Source of the DNA: Verrucomicrobiaceae bacterium
Lineage (GTDB): Bacteria; Verrucomicrobiota; Verrucomicrobiia; Verrucomicrobiales; Akkermansiaceae
Direction of reading: 5' to 3'
Assembly: GCA_051252135.1 (NCBI GenBank)
Contig: JBPOGH010000006.1
Span: 160,001-224,000, forward strand
Length of the DNA: 64,000 bases
Shown piece after piece: positions 9,958 to 18,788 of the stretch. The position numbers and the translations under genes are program-made. The stretch's first letter is position 1. Each line of letters begins with the position of its first letter. A model generated the notes under the pieces. The model searched no databases. It worked only from the letters and a program-made list of their open reading frames with translations, and had not been told where the DNA came from.

Positions 9958-10413
9958 TTAGAGGACCTCGACCACGAGGCTGATTTCGACGGAAACGCCG
10001 AGGGGGAGGGAGGAGACTCCGACGGCGGCGCGGGAGTGCCTGCCGGCTTCACCGAAGATTTTGACGAGGAGGTCGGAGGCACCGTTGATGACCTGGGGGT
10101 GGGCGGTGAAATCGGGTTCGGCGTTGACGTATCCGCTGAGGCTGACGATTTTTTTAACAGCGCTCAAGCTTCCCATTTCGGCCTTGATGACGGCGAGGCG
10201 GGTGAGGAGCGCGGCTTCTGCGGCTGCTTGTGCGGTTTCGACGTCGCACTCCGTGGGGACTTTTCCTTTGAAGGTTTGCTCTCCAATGATGGGGAGGCCT
10301 CCGGAGATGTGGAGGAGGTTTCCGGTGCGGACGCAGTTGACGTAAGAGCCCACAGGAGGGGCGGCTTCGGGAAGGGTGAGACCGAGTTCGGTAATTTTTT
10401 CTTCAGGAGTCAT
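9958..10413 (-). CDS. RidA/YjgF/UK114 family protein
   Basis: GNLLHISGGLP, VINGASDLL and GRHSRAAVGV motifs; start moved to ATG at 10413 (MTPEEK). Confidence 0.88.
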   Translation of the reverse strand: MTPEEKITELGLTLPEAAPPVGSYVNCVRTGNLLHISGGLPIIGEQTFKGKVPTECDVETAQAAAEAALLTRLAVIKAEMGSLSAVKKIVSLSGYVNAEPDFTAHPQVINGASDLLVKIFGEAGRHSRAAVGVSSLPLGVSVEISLVVEVL

Positions 10414-11455
10414 CGGATGAGGGATTTGTTTTGGTGTGGGTGTTGGTAAAAAGGGAGATGAAATTGAGTCCGGATTTGCTGAGGCTGGCGCGGCGACCTT
10501 CACCGAGAAGGCGGCCGCGGGTGTAATAGGAGTGCTTTGAGCGGGTGGTGCGGACGTAGGTGACGGTGGGTTTGGATACCGCCCGGTGACTGGGGCTGAC
10601 GGAGAGAAGAATTCCCGATCCGGTGAAGGAGAGTTCCCAGGAAGTGCTGGGAGCGGTGTGATCTCCGCGCATGAGCCAAGGGTAGCGGGTGGTGATCTCG
10701 AGAGCTTCCTGGCGGGGGATGGCGACCTTGAAATAGGGGGAGGCTCCCTTGAGAAAGTCCGGGATGGTTAGGTCCGCATTGTTTTGGAGGGCAAGGAAGA
10801 GCGATGCAATATCGATTCCGATGAGGTTCATCCCGTTATGGGGACCGTGGGGGTTTTTTGATTTGAAGATGGCCTGATGCCAGTCGTCAAAATTTTCAGT
10901 GGCGAGCATGTTGAGCTCGAGGTGGAGATGGGCCCGTTCCCGTGAGATTCCCGCTCCGGTGTATCCCATGATGGCGATGGGGGCGCCGCCGAGGAGGCGC
11001 TGGCCGATCTCCACATTGATCTCGGAGAGGTGGGCGTAGAGGCTGAAGAAGGGGCCGTCCCCCCAGTTGTGTTCGATGACGATGTATTTGCCGTAGTTGC
11101 TGCCACCGGACGTTTGGTTGATGTAGACGACGGTGCCTGCGGCGATAGTGTAGATTTTATCAAGGGGGCGAAAACTTGAGTCCCGCTTGAGGGGTTTGAT
11201 GTCGAGTCCCTCGTGAAACTTGGTTGGAATGATTCCTTCGGATTCCGTGTTGATCAGAGTGCGGACGAATCCGTATTGACCGGCGGTCCATGGCTTTGAA
11301 GATTCGCCCTCGAAGGTCCGGGGGACCCACATGTAGTAGTCCTCGGGTTTGTTTTCGAGGAGGGCCCGGTTGTCGGTGGGGAGGGTGAGCTTGAGGGGCT
11401 CGGCACCGTGGAGGAGCGGGAAGGAAAGGAGGATGAGGAGGAGCAGCGGGCGCAT
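10403..11455 (-). CDS. M23 family metallopeptidase, exported
   Basis: Signal peptide; HEGLD, YAHL and HLHLE zinc motifs. Confidence 0.88.
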   Translation of the reverse strand: MRPLLLLILLSFPLLHGAEPLKLTLPTDNRALLENKPEDYYMWVPRTFEGESSKPWTAGQYGFVRTLINTESEGIIPTKFHEGLDIKPLKRDSSFRPLDKIYTIAAGTVVYINQTSGGSNYGKYIVIEHNWGDGPFFSLYAHLSEINVEIGQRLLGGAPIAIMGYTGAGISRERAHLHLELNMLATENFDDWHQAIFKSKNPHGPHNGMNLIGIDIASLFLALQNNADLTIPDFLKGASPYFKVAIPRQEALEITTRYPWLMRGDHTAPSTSWELSFTGSGILLSVSPSHRAVSKPTVTYVRTTRSKHSYYTRGRLLGEGRRASLSKSGLNFISLFTNTHTKTNPSSDDS

Positions 11456-11976
11456 TACTTTTTGGCGGCCTTCAGTTGTTTTTTGACGGCTTTTTTACGG
11501 GCGGCCCAGACTTCCGGAGTATCGCCGATGCGTGGAACCATGAGGTCGAACCGATGAACTTCATCGAGGGTGATTCCCTGCCAGACGACGAGGCGGCCAT
11601 CACGGACGGGTTGATCGATGAGGACGGCATCGAGGGCGCGCCCGTTGAACATGGCGACGAACCAACTGCGTTGGTTTTGAGTGGTGATGGCCGCGAGTCG
11701 GGCGGCGGCGGCTTTGGAGAGGACGAGGGTGGCTCCGAATCCGCCATTTTCAGCGGCGAAAGGAGAAAAGCCCTTGATGTCCTTGGTGACGACCTCGGGG
11801 CTGCGGCGGAAGAATATTTTCTGTCCGTAGACCGGGAGAGAGAAGACCATCTTGGGCCCTTCTTCTTCCTGGCTCTGCATGTGGAACGTGAGAGTGATGG
11901 GATCCGGCTTTTTCCCCATGGCATGAAGCAGGGGAGAGAGCGCGGCGAGAAGAAGAAAAGGCAGGAGGCAACGCAT
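11455..11976 (-). CDS. Exported hypothetical protein, possibly resembling the SecDF P1 head subdomain
   Basis: Signal peptide; 'LAAITTQNQRSWFVAMFNGR...IDQPVRDGRLVV' resembles the SecD head subdomain; abuts the M23 gene. Confidence 0.6.
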   Translation of the reverse strand: MRCLLPFLLLAALSPLLHAMGKKPDPITLTFHMQSQEEEGPKMVFSLPVYGQKIFFRRSPEVVTKDIKGFSPFAAENGGFGATLVLSKAAAARLAAITTQNQRSWFVAMFNGRALDAVLIDQPVRDGRLVVWQGITLDEVHRFDLMVPRIGDTPEVWAARKKAVKKQLKAAKK

Positions 11977-11981
11977 GCCGA

Positions 11982-12010
11982 ACTATGGGAACGGGTGTGG
12001 CTGGTGTAAA
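11982..12010 (-). promoter_or_regulatory. Putative sigma70 promoter, leaderless geometry
   Basis: TTTACA-17 nt-CATAGT-5 nt-ATG (11976). Confidence 0.5.
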
Positions 12011-12271
12011 GGGAAGATGAGAGACGGTTTGGGAGAGGAGAAATCCGATTGGGGTGGTCGAATTCGGAGTGCGAGGCCGGTAGACAAGTGGACAGCTTGT
12101 AAAGATAGTGTCCAATCCGGGAAGGGGAATGAAAGGGGTAATGGAGGGGTGGAACGGGCCGTAAGTCTTATGGGGGCAGGATTTGAGATTGAAATGCCGT
12201 GGTTGGCACACATCCAGCCTTAGGAGGTGATCAAGGAAACAGACCTCTGTCGTTCCCAACCAGACACTATT

Positions 12272-13177
12272 ATGAAAATCGGAATTCTCTCTCGGAACAA
12301 AAACCTTTATTCGACCCGCCGCCTCGTGGAAGCGGCCAAAGAGCGCGGCCATGAGGTGGATGTGATCGACTACGTTCGTTGCTACATGAACATCGCGACC
12401 AAGCGTCCCTCTATCTATCTCGGTGATCGCGAGCTCAACAATTACGATGCGGTGATCCCCCGGATTGGGGCATCCCAGACGTTCTTCGGCACGGCGGTTG
12501 TGCGTCAATTTGAAATGATGGGGACGTATTCGGTGAATGAGTCGGTCGCGATTTCGCGTTCCCGGGACAAGCTGCGCAGCATGCAGCTGCTTTCCCGCCG
12601 TGGGGTGGGGCTTCCGGTGACGACCTTTGCCCATGACACCAAGGCGACCGGTTCCTTGATTGATTTGTGTGGTGGGGCGCCTGTGGTGGTGAAGTTGCTT
12701 GAAGGGACGCAGGGAGTGGGTGTGGTGCTGGCGGAGACGAGGAAGGCGGCGGAATCGGTTATTGAGGCCTTCCGTGGTCTGAATGCCAATATTCTGGTGC
12801 AGCAATTCGTCAAGGAAGCGGGAGGCGCGGACATTCGTTGCTTTGTGGTGGGAGGGAAAGTGGTCGCGGCGATGAAGCGGCAGGGAGCGGAGGGCGAGTT
12901 TCGCTCGAACTTGCATCGTGGTGGTAATGCGGCGCTGACCAAAATCACTCCGGCCGAGCGCGCTACGGCGGTGCAGGCGGCCAAGGTGATGGGGTTGAAT
13001 GTGGCAGGGGTGGACCTGCTTCGCTCGAATAGCGGGCCGGTGGTGATGGAGGTGAATTCGTCACCCGGTCTTGAGGGGATTGAGACGGCGACCAAAAAAG
13101 ATGTCGCGGGCACAATTATTGAGTTTATTGCTGCCAATGCCGGTCTTGGAAGTACTAAGACCAAGGGGAAGGGGTAA
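12272..13177 (+). CDS. rimK: Ribosomal protein S6--L-glutamate ligase
   Basis: [39 protein letters not shown] and [13 protein letters not shown]; start at ATG 12272. Confidence 0.95.
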   Translation: MKIGILSRNKNLYSTRRLVEAAKERGHEVDVIDYVRCYMNIATKRPSIYLGDRELNNYDAVIPRIGASQTFFGTAVVRQFEMMGTYSVNESVAISRSRDKLRSMQLLSRRGVGLPVTTFAHDTKATGSLIDLCGGAPVVVKLLEGTQGVGVVLAETRKAAESVIEAFRGLNANILVQQFVKEAGGADIRCFVVGGKVVAAMKRQGAEGEFRSNLHRGGNAALTKITPAERATAVQAAKVMGLNVAGVDLLRSNSGPVVMEVNSSPGLEGIETATKKDVAGTIIEFIAANAGLGSTKTKGKG

Positions 13178-13188
13178 GCCAATCGAGA

Positions 13189-14295
13189 ATGAATTCAAAA
13201 GCAAAGCGCGAGTCTTTCGTCCTTGGGGATGTGAAGGTGGAACCGGGGACCAAGCAGAAGGTGGATCTCCCGATCGGGGTGTTTACCAACAATACTGCCG
13301 TGGATTTGGGAGTGGTGGTGGTGCATGGCCGCCGGCCGGGGCCTACGCTGTTGGTGACGGCCTGTATTCACGGGGATGAGATCAATGGTCTGGAGATCAT
13401 ACGCCGGATTTTGCGCAGCTCTACGCTGAAGAACTTGCGGGGAACCCTGCTCGCCGTTCCGATTATCAATGTTCCGGCATTTTTGAACCGTTCGCGATAT
13501 CTCCCGGACCGCCGCGATCTCAACCGGCTCTTTCCGGGGTCGGAGAAAGGTTCGCTGGGGGCTCGTCTGGCCAGGGTGATTACCACCGAGTTAATCACGC
13601 GTTGCGATGCGGTCATCGATTTGCACACCGGTGCGGTGAATCGTGCCAATTTGCCGCAGATTCGGACGACCTCGGGCGACGAGAAATCGCTGATGTTGGC
13701 GACTACCTTCGGTTCACCGGTGGCGCTTACGTCGAACCTTCGTCCCGGATCGTTTCGGGCGACGTGCCATGAGAACGGAAAACCGATGATCCTTTTTGAA
13801 AGTGGTGAAGCTCTCCGTCTCGATGCGCCGTCGATCCGGTTTGGAAAGCAGGGAGTTATTTCGGTGATGCGTCATTTGCATATGCTTCCGGCACGGAAGT
13901 CCAAGAATCTTAATCCTGACGGGCGCTCCCGGAAGACGCACACGGTTGTTTGTGAAAAGAGCTATTGGGAGCGTGCGCCGATTGGAGGAGTGTTCACGCC
14001 TTTGGTGGCATTGGGGCAGACTGTTGAACGGGACGAGGTTCTTGGTTTTGTCGCCGATCCCTTTGGGGGGGATGAGACGCCGATTGTGGCAGCACGGCAG
14101 GGAGTGTTGATTGGACGGACGAATGAGGGGGTGGCGGACGAAGGTGATGCGCTGTTTCACATCGCGGTCCACGAAGATTTGAACCAAGCCCGGGACGGGA
14201 TCGCCCGATCGAACAGCAGTGTGAGCGGAAAAGAGGATCACCCGGTGCCTTATGACCCCTTTATGGAAGCTGGTGACTCATCGGACGATGACTAG
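13189..14295 (+). CDS. Succinylglutamate desuccinylase/aspartoacylase (M14-like) family protein
   Basis: IHGDEING, DLNRLFPG and IDLHTG motifs; typical rimK neighbour. Confidence 0.9.
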   Translation: MNSKAKRESFVLGDVKVEPGTKQKVDLPIGVFTNNTAVDLGVVVVHGRRPGPTLLVTACIHGDEINGLEIIRRILRSSTLKNLRGTLLAVPIINVPAFLNRSRYLPDRRDLNRLFPGSEKGSLGARLARVITTELITRCDAVIDLHTGAVNRANLPQIRTTSGDEKSLMLATTFGSPVALTSNLRPGSFRATCHENGKPMILFESGEALRLDAPSIRFGKQGVISVMRHLHMLPARKSKNLNPDGRSRKTHTVVCEKSYWERAPIGGVFTPLVALGQTVERDEVLGFVADPFGGDETPIVAARQGVLIGRTNEGVADEGDALFHIAVHEDLNQARDGIARSNSSVSGKEDHPVPYDPFMEAGDSSDDD

Positions 14296-14337
14296 CTCTT
14301 GACTCCCGAGTAACCGAAAGGTGAGCGTAGATTCCGC

Positions 14338-14400
14338 ATTGGGTATTTCCTAATGGAGGGATCGGAAATGACCAATTTACGAACGAAACGAAGTACCTGA
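14338..14400 (+). promoter_or_regulatory. Structured mgtE leader with a 10-codon uORF (MTNLRTKRST)
   Basis: Hairpin ATTGG-GT-ATTTCC...GGAAAT-GA-CCAAT (14338-14376) with GGAGG in the loop; ATG 14368 to TGA 14400. Confidence 0.35.
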
Positions 14401-14412
14401 ACCGATCAATTT

Positions 14413-15798
14413 ATGTCTGAAGAATTACTCCTGGAACCTGAAGAGAATACGACTCCTCGATACAAGCGGCTCACCGAGGCGGTTGACGCGGGGGATCAGT
14501 TGGCGGCGCATGACATCATCTCGGAGGCATCTCCCGATGATCAGCGTCGTATCATTGCGCAGCTGGATCTGCAGACGAGGGAGTTGCTTTGTGAGCTTCT
14601 CCCGGCGGAGGAAATTGCCGATCTTCTGGAGAACCTGGCGGAAGCGCAGGCGGTGGAGCTCCTGGAAGAACTACCGGCCGGGATTGCGGCGGATGTGGTG
14701 GAGGAGATGGATGCCGACATTGGCGGAGACCTGCTGCGGGAACTTGATGAGGAGGACAGTGAGGCCATTCTTGCGGAGATTGACGACCATGATGAATCGG
14801 CCGATCTCCGGGAGCGGGTGAGCTATGAGTGGGATAGTGCGGGGGGAATGATGTCCGACCAGGTGGTGAGCTTCCCGGCGACGGTGACGGTGAAGGATGT
14901 GCTGGCGGACTTGGGAGACAAAGCGGAGGAGTATTCCGATGCGGATGTGCAGTATTTCTACGTGGTGGATGAGGAGAAACGCCTTGTCGGAGTTCTCACG
15001 CTGCGGAGTCTTGTATTGGGCCGACGGGTGACACCGATTCAGGCCTTGATGCTTCCGGATCCGGTGTCGGTTCACGTTAATACCAAGCTGGAAGAGCTGG
15101 AGGACATCTTTGATGATAAGGCCTATCTGGGGCTTCCGGTGGTTGATGACGATGGTCGTTTGCGAGGTGTGGTGTCGCGAGAAGCGGTGCAGGATGCGCT
15201 TTCCGAGAACCGGACCGAGGATTTCCTGAAGGCATCCGGTATTGTGGGTGGTGAGGAGATTCGGTCGATGCCCTTGAAGGACCGTTGTGCCCGCCGTCTG
15301 GCTTGGCTGGGGCCCAACATTGTGCTCAATCTTTTGGCGGCGAGTGTCATTGCCTCCTACGAAGATACTCTACAGGCGGTGATCGCGCTGGCGGTGTTTC
15401 TGCCGATGGTCTCGGATATGAGCGGATGCTCGGGGAACCAGGCGGTGGCGGTGAGTATTCGTGAGCTGACGCTCGGAATCATCCAGCCCCGGGACTATCT
15501 CCGGGTGCTGATCAAGGAGGGGTTATTGGGGGTGACGAACGGGGTGATCCTGGGAGTTGTGCTGGGAACGCTGGCGGCCGTTTGGAAGGGCAGTGTCTTT
15601 CTTGGGCTCGTGGTGGGCTCGGCGCTGATGCTCAACACCATTCTCTCGGTATTGCTGGGCGGGTTGATTCCACTTGTATTGAAGAGGTTCAAAGCAGACC
15701 CTGCGCTGGCTTCCGGACCGATCCTGACGACGTGCACTGACATGTGTGGCTTCTTCCTCGTTTTGAATCTCGCCAGCATGGTGATTACGAAGCTCTAA
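14413..15798 (+). CDS. mgtE: Magnesium transporter MgtE
   Basis: Acidic N-terminal domain, SAGGMM, CBS pair (YFYVVD, LPVVDD), transmembrane motifs GCSGNQ and DPALASGPILTTCTD. Confidence 0.95.
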   Translation: MSEELLLEPEENTTPRYKRLTEAVDAGDQLAAHDIISEASPDDQRRIIAQLDLQTRELLCELLPAEEIADLLENLAEAQAVELLEELPAGIAADVVEEMDADIGGDLLRELDEEDSEAILAEIDDHDESADLRERVSYEWDSAGGMMSDQVVSFPATVTVKDVLADLGDKAEEYSDADVQYFYVVDEEKRLVGVLTLRSLVLGRRVTPIQALMLPDPVSVHVNTKLEELEDIFDDKAYLGLPVVDDDGRLRGVVSREAVQDALSENRTEDFLKASGIVGGEEIRSMPLKDRCARRLAWLGPNIVLNLLAASVIASYEDTLQAVIALAVFLPMVSDMSGCSGNQAVAVSIRELTLGIIQPRDYLRVLIKEGLLGVTNGVILGVVLGTLAAVWKGSVFLGLVVGSALMLNTILSVLLGGLIPLVLKRFKADPALASGPILTTCTDMCGFFLVLNLASMVITKL

Positions 15799-15801
15799 AA
15801 T

Positions 15802-16836
15802 ATGGATTACTTAATCTGGTTGGGCATTCTGGTTTGCATTCTCCATTCGGCGATGTTTTCGGGAGCGAACCTCGCGTTCTTTTCGCTGGGGCGGATGCGG
15901 CTGGAAGCCGAAGCGGAGAAGGGGAGTGCGTCAGCGAGCAAGGTGTTGCGGCTACGGGAAGACTCGAATCTTTTGCTTTGCACGATCTTGTGGGGAAATG
16001 TCAGTGCGAACGTGCTGCTATCGCTTCTCAGTGAGAGTGTGTTTGCGGGGGTGGGTGGCTTTCTGTTTTCGACGGTTGGGATTACCTTTTTCGGAGAGAT
16101 TATTCCCCAGGCTTATTTTTCACGGCACGCGATGAGGGTGGGGGCGTTGCTCTCCCCGGTGATGCGCTTTTACCAAATTCTTCTGTTTCCGGTGACCAAG
16201 GCGTGTGCTTTGATTTTGGATGGGTGGATCGGGCCGGAGGGTCCGACCTTTTTCCGCGAACGGGATTTGGAGATCATTCTGGAGAAGCACATTCATGAAT
16301 CGTCCTCCGAGATCAGTGCGAATGAGGGTCAGGGTGCGCTGAACTTCCTCGACCTTGATGATCGTCGTATCTCCAGTGAAGGAAATCCCATCACGGAAGG
16401 GACGATCTACAGGTTTCCCTGTCGGCTTGATCTCCCTACTATTCCGCCGCTTGATTCGCCGGAGGGGCAGACCTTTATTGAATCCTTGAAAACCCATCCC
16501 TATTCCTGGGCGGTGATTGAGGATGCGGATTCGGACGCGCCTGTTTTGGTGCTGGATACGACAAGTTTCCTCACGGAGCTCTTTGTGAAGGGGAATGAGG
16601 CCGATCCTTACCAGCATTGCCACCGGCCCATCATTGTAACTGATGACAGTGTGCATCTTGACGATGTGCTGGGGGACTTTGTGGTGGAGGCGGAGCACAA
16701 GGATGACCACGTGGTGGATAACGACGTGGTGCTTTATTGGACGGGGGAGATGAAGCGAATCATCACGGGGGCTGACATTTTCGGTCGCCTGCTTAAGGGG
16801 ATTGCGAAGCGGGTGCCCTCGAAGCCGCAGGGTTAG
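15802..16836 (+). CDS. CNNM/DUF21 transmembrane domain protein
   Basis: SAMFSGANLAFFSL, LLCTILWGNVSAN and FGEIIPQA motifs; divergent C-terminal region. Confidence 0.85.
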   Translation: MDYLIWLGILVCILHSAMFSGANLAFFSLGRMRLEAEAEKGSASASKVLRLREDSNLLLCTILWGNVSANVLLSLLSESVFAGVGGFLFSTVGITFFGEIIPQAYFSRHAMRVGALLSPVMRFYQILLFPVTKACALILDGWIGPEGPTFFRERDLEIILEKHIHESSSEISANEGQGALNFLDLDDRRISSEGNPITEGTIYRFPCRLDLPTIPPLDSPEGQTFIESLKTHPYSWAVIEDADSDAPVLVLDTTSFLTELFVKGNEADPYQHCHRPIIVTDDSVHLDDVLGDFVVEAEHKDDHVVDNDVVLYWTGEMKRIITGADIFGRLLKGIAKRVPSKPQG

Positions 16837-17014
16837 AGAGCTCCCTTTGGCCTGAAACCGACTTGGGTTGGTGGTTTCAGATTGCAAGGTGTCTTGTAAT
16901 TGGACATTTTAGTAAGTTTTGGATGCAATTAGCCATTGCTTTCCACGAGTCTTAAGAGGGGTGCGTTTTCCGTAAGTGGCTCTTTGTGAGTGTGTTAAGG
17001 GGGTTGTTTCAGGG

Positions 17015-17030
17015 TTGGCACGCTGCGAGC
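17015..17030 (+). promoter_or_regulatory. Putative sigma54 (-24/-12) promoter
   Basis: TTGGCACGCTGCGAGC gives GG-N10-GC with a perfect TGGCACG -24 box, 75 nt upstream of the beta-barrel gene; -12 box imperfect. Confidence 0.45.
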
Positions 17031-17105
17031 GATAGAGGGGGCAAGAGTGATCCAAAAATTAGGAAGCTCTCCAAACGGGGCCAAACCCCTACCCCAAGAT
17101 AAAGA

Positions 17106-17729
17106 ATGAAAAACACCATTAAGAACATTGCCCTTACCGGCTCCATTTTGTCCCTCTCATCAGTTGCCTTCGCGGGTGACTACATGGTTCCCGGCGACAA
17201 CGCTGTGGCCGTACGTGGCGACGAAGATAGCATTGGCAAGAAGATGCTCAGAACCCCAGGCCGCGTGCTCAATGTGGGCGACGGCATGCTTCCCATGCTT
17301 TCCGAAGGCACCCAGGAATTTGGTGTGTCCGGTAACGTCAACTATGCTGATGACGTAGCCTACAACCTCAACCTTAGCTACGGTTGGTTCATCAAAGACC
17401 GCTGGGAATTCGGCTTCAACGCCGGTGTCCAGGGTGTCGAGAGTGACATCAACTTCAGTGTTGGTCTCTTCACGGAATACAACTGGTTGATCGAAAACTC
17501 CAAGTGGGTTCCTTTCGTCGGTTTCTCGACCAACTGGGCGAAGCTTGACTCCGGTGCCTTCGACGCAGACTCGATCGCTCTTGGACTCGACGTAGGTGTG
17601 AAATACTTCATCCGTGAGAACATCGCATTGAGCTTCTCGATCGGTGCTGACTACGCCTTCGACGACGTCTTCCCAGGCGGCGACGACTTTGCGAAGCAGA
17701 TCAACATCGGAACTCGCTTCTACTTCTAA
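17106..17729 (+). CDS. Outer membrane beta-barrel protein (8-stranded, OmpA/OmpW-like)
   Basis: Signal peptide ending AFA; alternating beta strands, WVPFVG, GVKYF; C-terminal FYF; C-ending codon bias suggests high expression. Confidence 0.85.
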   Translation: MKNTIKNIALTGSILSLSSVAFAGDYMVPGDNAVAVRGDEDSIGKKMLRTPGRVLNVGDGMLPMLSEGTQEFGVSGNVNYADDVAYNLNLSYGWFIKDRWEFGFNAGVQGVESDINFSVGLFTEYNWLIENSKWVPFVGFSTNWAKLDSGAFDADSIALGLDVGVKYFIRENIALSFSIGADYAFDDVFPGGDDFAKQINIGTRFYF

Positions 17730-17774
17730 AACTCAAATTTAAAACAGAAAGAATAGTCTGTTTTTTATGACCGG

Positions 17775-17813
17775 CTGGCCTTCTTTCCTTCGGGGTAGAG
17801 GGCCAGTTTTTTT
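17775..17813 (+). terminator. Rho-independent terminator
   Basis: CTGGCCTTCT..CC TTCG GG..AGAGGGCCAG followed by T7. Confidence 0.8.
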
Positions 17814-17856
17814 GTGCCGGTATTAGGGAAGGGTTGATTGCGGGAGGCCTTTCTCG

Positions 17857-18174
17857 TTAGTAAATAAAGGGGAGGAAAAAAGTGATGATCGGGCTGATGC
17901 CGATGAGTGCGATGAGGAATGAATAGAGGCGGAACCTGGGATTGGGCGCATTGGGTTCCCTTATCGACATTCGGCACGAGAACCAGATGGTGAGGGTGAT
18001 GGCGCAACAGGAGCTCAATAACCAGGCTACGTCGATGATGTCCCCCAGCCTGAGTTCGAAGTGCTGCTGAGGGATGTGTTTAAGACGGAGGATTGCGATG
18101 ATCCAAGCGCTGGACACGAGGCCGAGGATCAATCGACCTGCGAGTCTTTCGGCAGCAGAATCCGATGGCTTCAT
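17857..18174 (-). CDS. Small hypothetical membrane protein (3 TM)
   Basis: Three hydrophobic segments; 8 nt downstream of the MBL gene on the same strand. Confidence 0.55.
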   Translation of the reverse strand: MKPSDSAAERLAGRLILGLVSSAWIIAILRLKHIPQQHFELRLGDIIDVAWLLSSCCAITLTIWFSCRMSIREPNAPNPRFRLYSFLIALIGISPIITFFLPFIY

Positions 18175-18182
18175 TCTTCAGC

Positions 18183-18785
18183 TTAACCCCGGATGAAGGG
18201 GTTGCTGCGTTTTTCCTGGCCGATGGTGGTGGCGGGGCCGTGGCCGGGGAAGACGCGGGTGTCCTCGGGGAGGGTGTAGAGTTTTTCGGAGATGGAGGCC
18301 ATGAGGAGGTCGTGATCGCCTTGGGGGAGGTCGGTGCGTCCGACGCCACCCTGGAAGAGGGCGTCGCCGCCGAAGAGGGCTCCTTCCGAGGGGAAGTGGA
18401 AGGCGAGAGAGTCGGGGGAGTGGCCGGGGACGTGGAGGATGTCGATGGTGACTTCGCCGACGGTGATGGAGGTTTCGCCTTTGAGGAGTTGGTCGATGGT
18501 AAAGGGCGGGACGTTGACGGGGAGGCCCCACTCGCGGGCGCGTTGATCCATGACGAGGTCGGGATCGTAGGCGGCGTAGGAGTATTTTTTGGCGGCGATG
18601 ATGTCGGCGTCTTCAACGTGGTCGAAGTGCTGATGAGTGAGGAAGAGGTGGTCGGCGGAGAGGTTTTCGTAGCCGATGAAGTCGTTGATTCCTTCAGGGG
18701 CGTCGAAGACGAAGAGGCCGGCGGAGGTTTTGACGAGGTAGCCGTTGGTTTGGACGGAGCCGCCGGTGTAGGTGGTGATTTCCAT
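18183..18785 (-). CDS. MBL-fold metallo-hydrolase (glyoxalase II/YcbL-like)
   Basis: THQHFDH, PGHSPDS, GDALF, GRTDLP and PGHG motifs. Confidence 0.92.
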   Translation of the reverse strand: MEITTYTGGSVQTNGYLVKTSAGLFVFDAPEGINDFIGYENLSADHLFLTHQHFDHVEDADIIAAKKYSYAAYDPDLVMDQRAREWGLPVNVPPFTIDQLLKGETSITVGEVTIDILHVPGHSPDSLAFHFPSEGALFGGDALFQGGVGRTDLPQGDHDLLMASISEKLYTLPEDTRVFPGHGPATTIGQEKRSNPFIRG

Positions 18786-18788
18786 GGT

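Noticed and set aside
14296..14412. M-box (ykoK) riboswitch upstream of mgtE
   Set aside because: Region is too short and no recognisable M-box core was seen; kept only as a uORF/hairpin candidate
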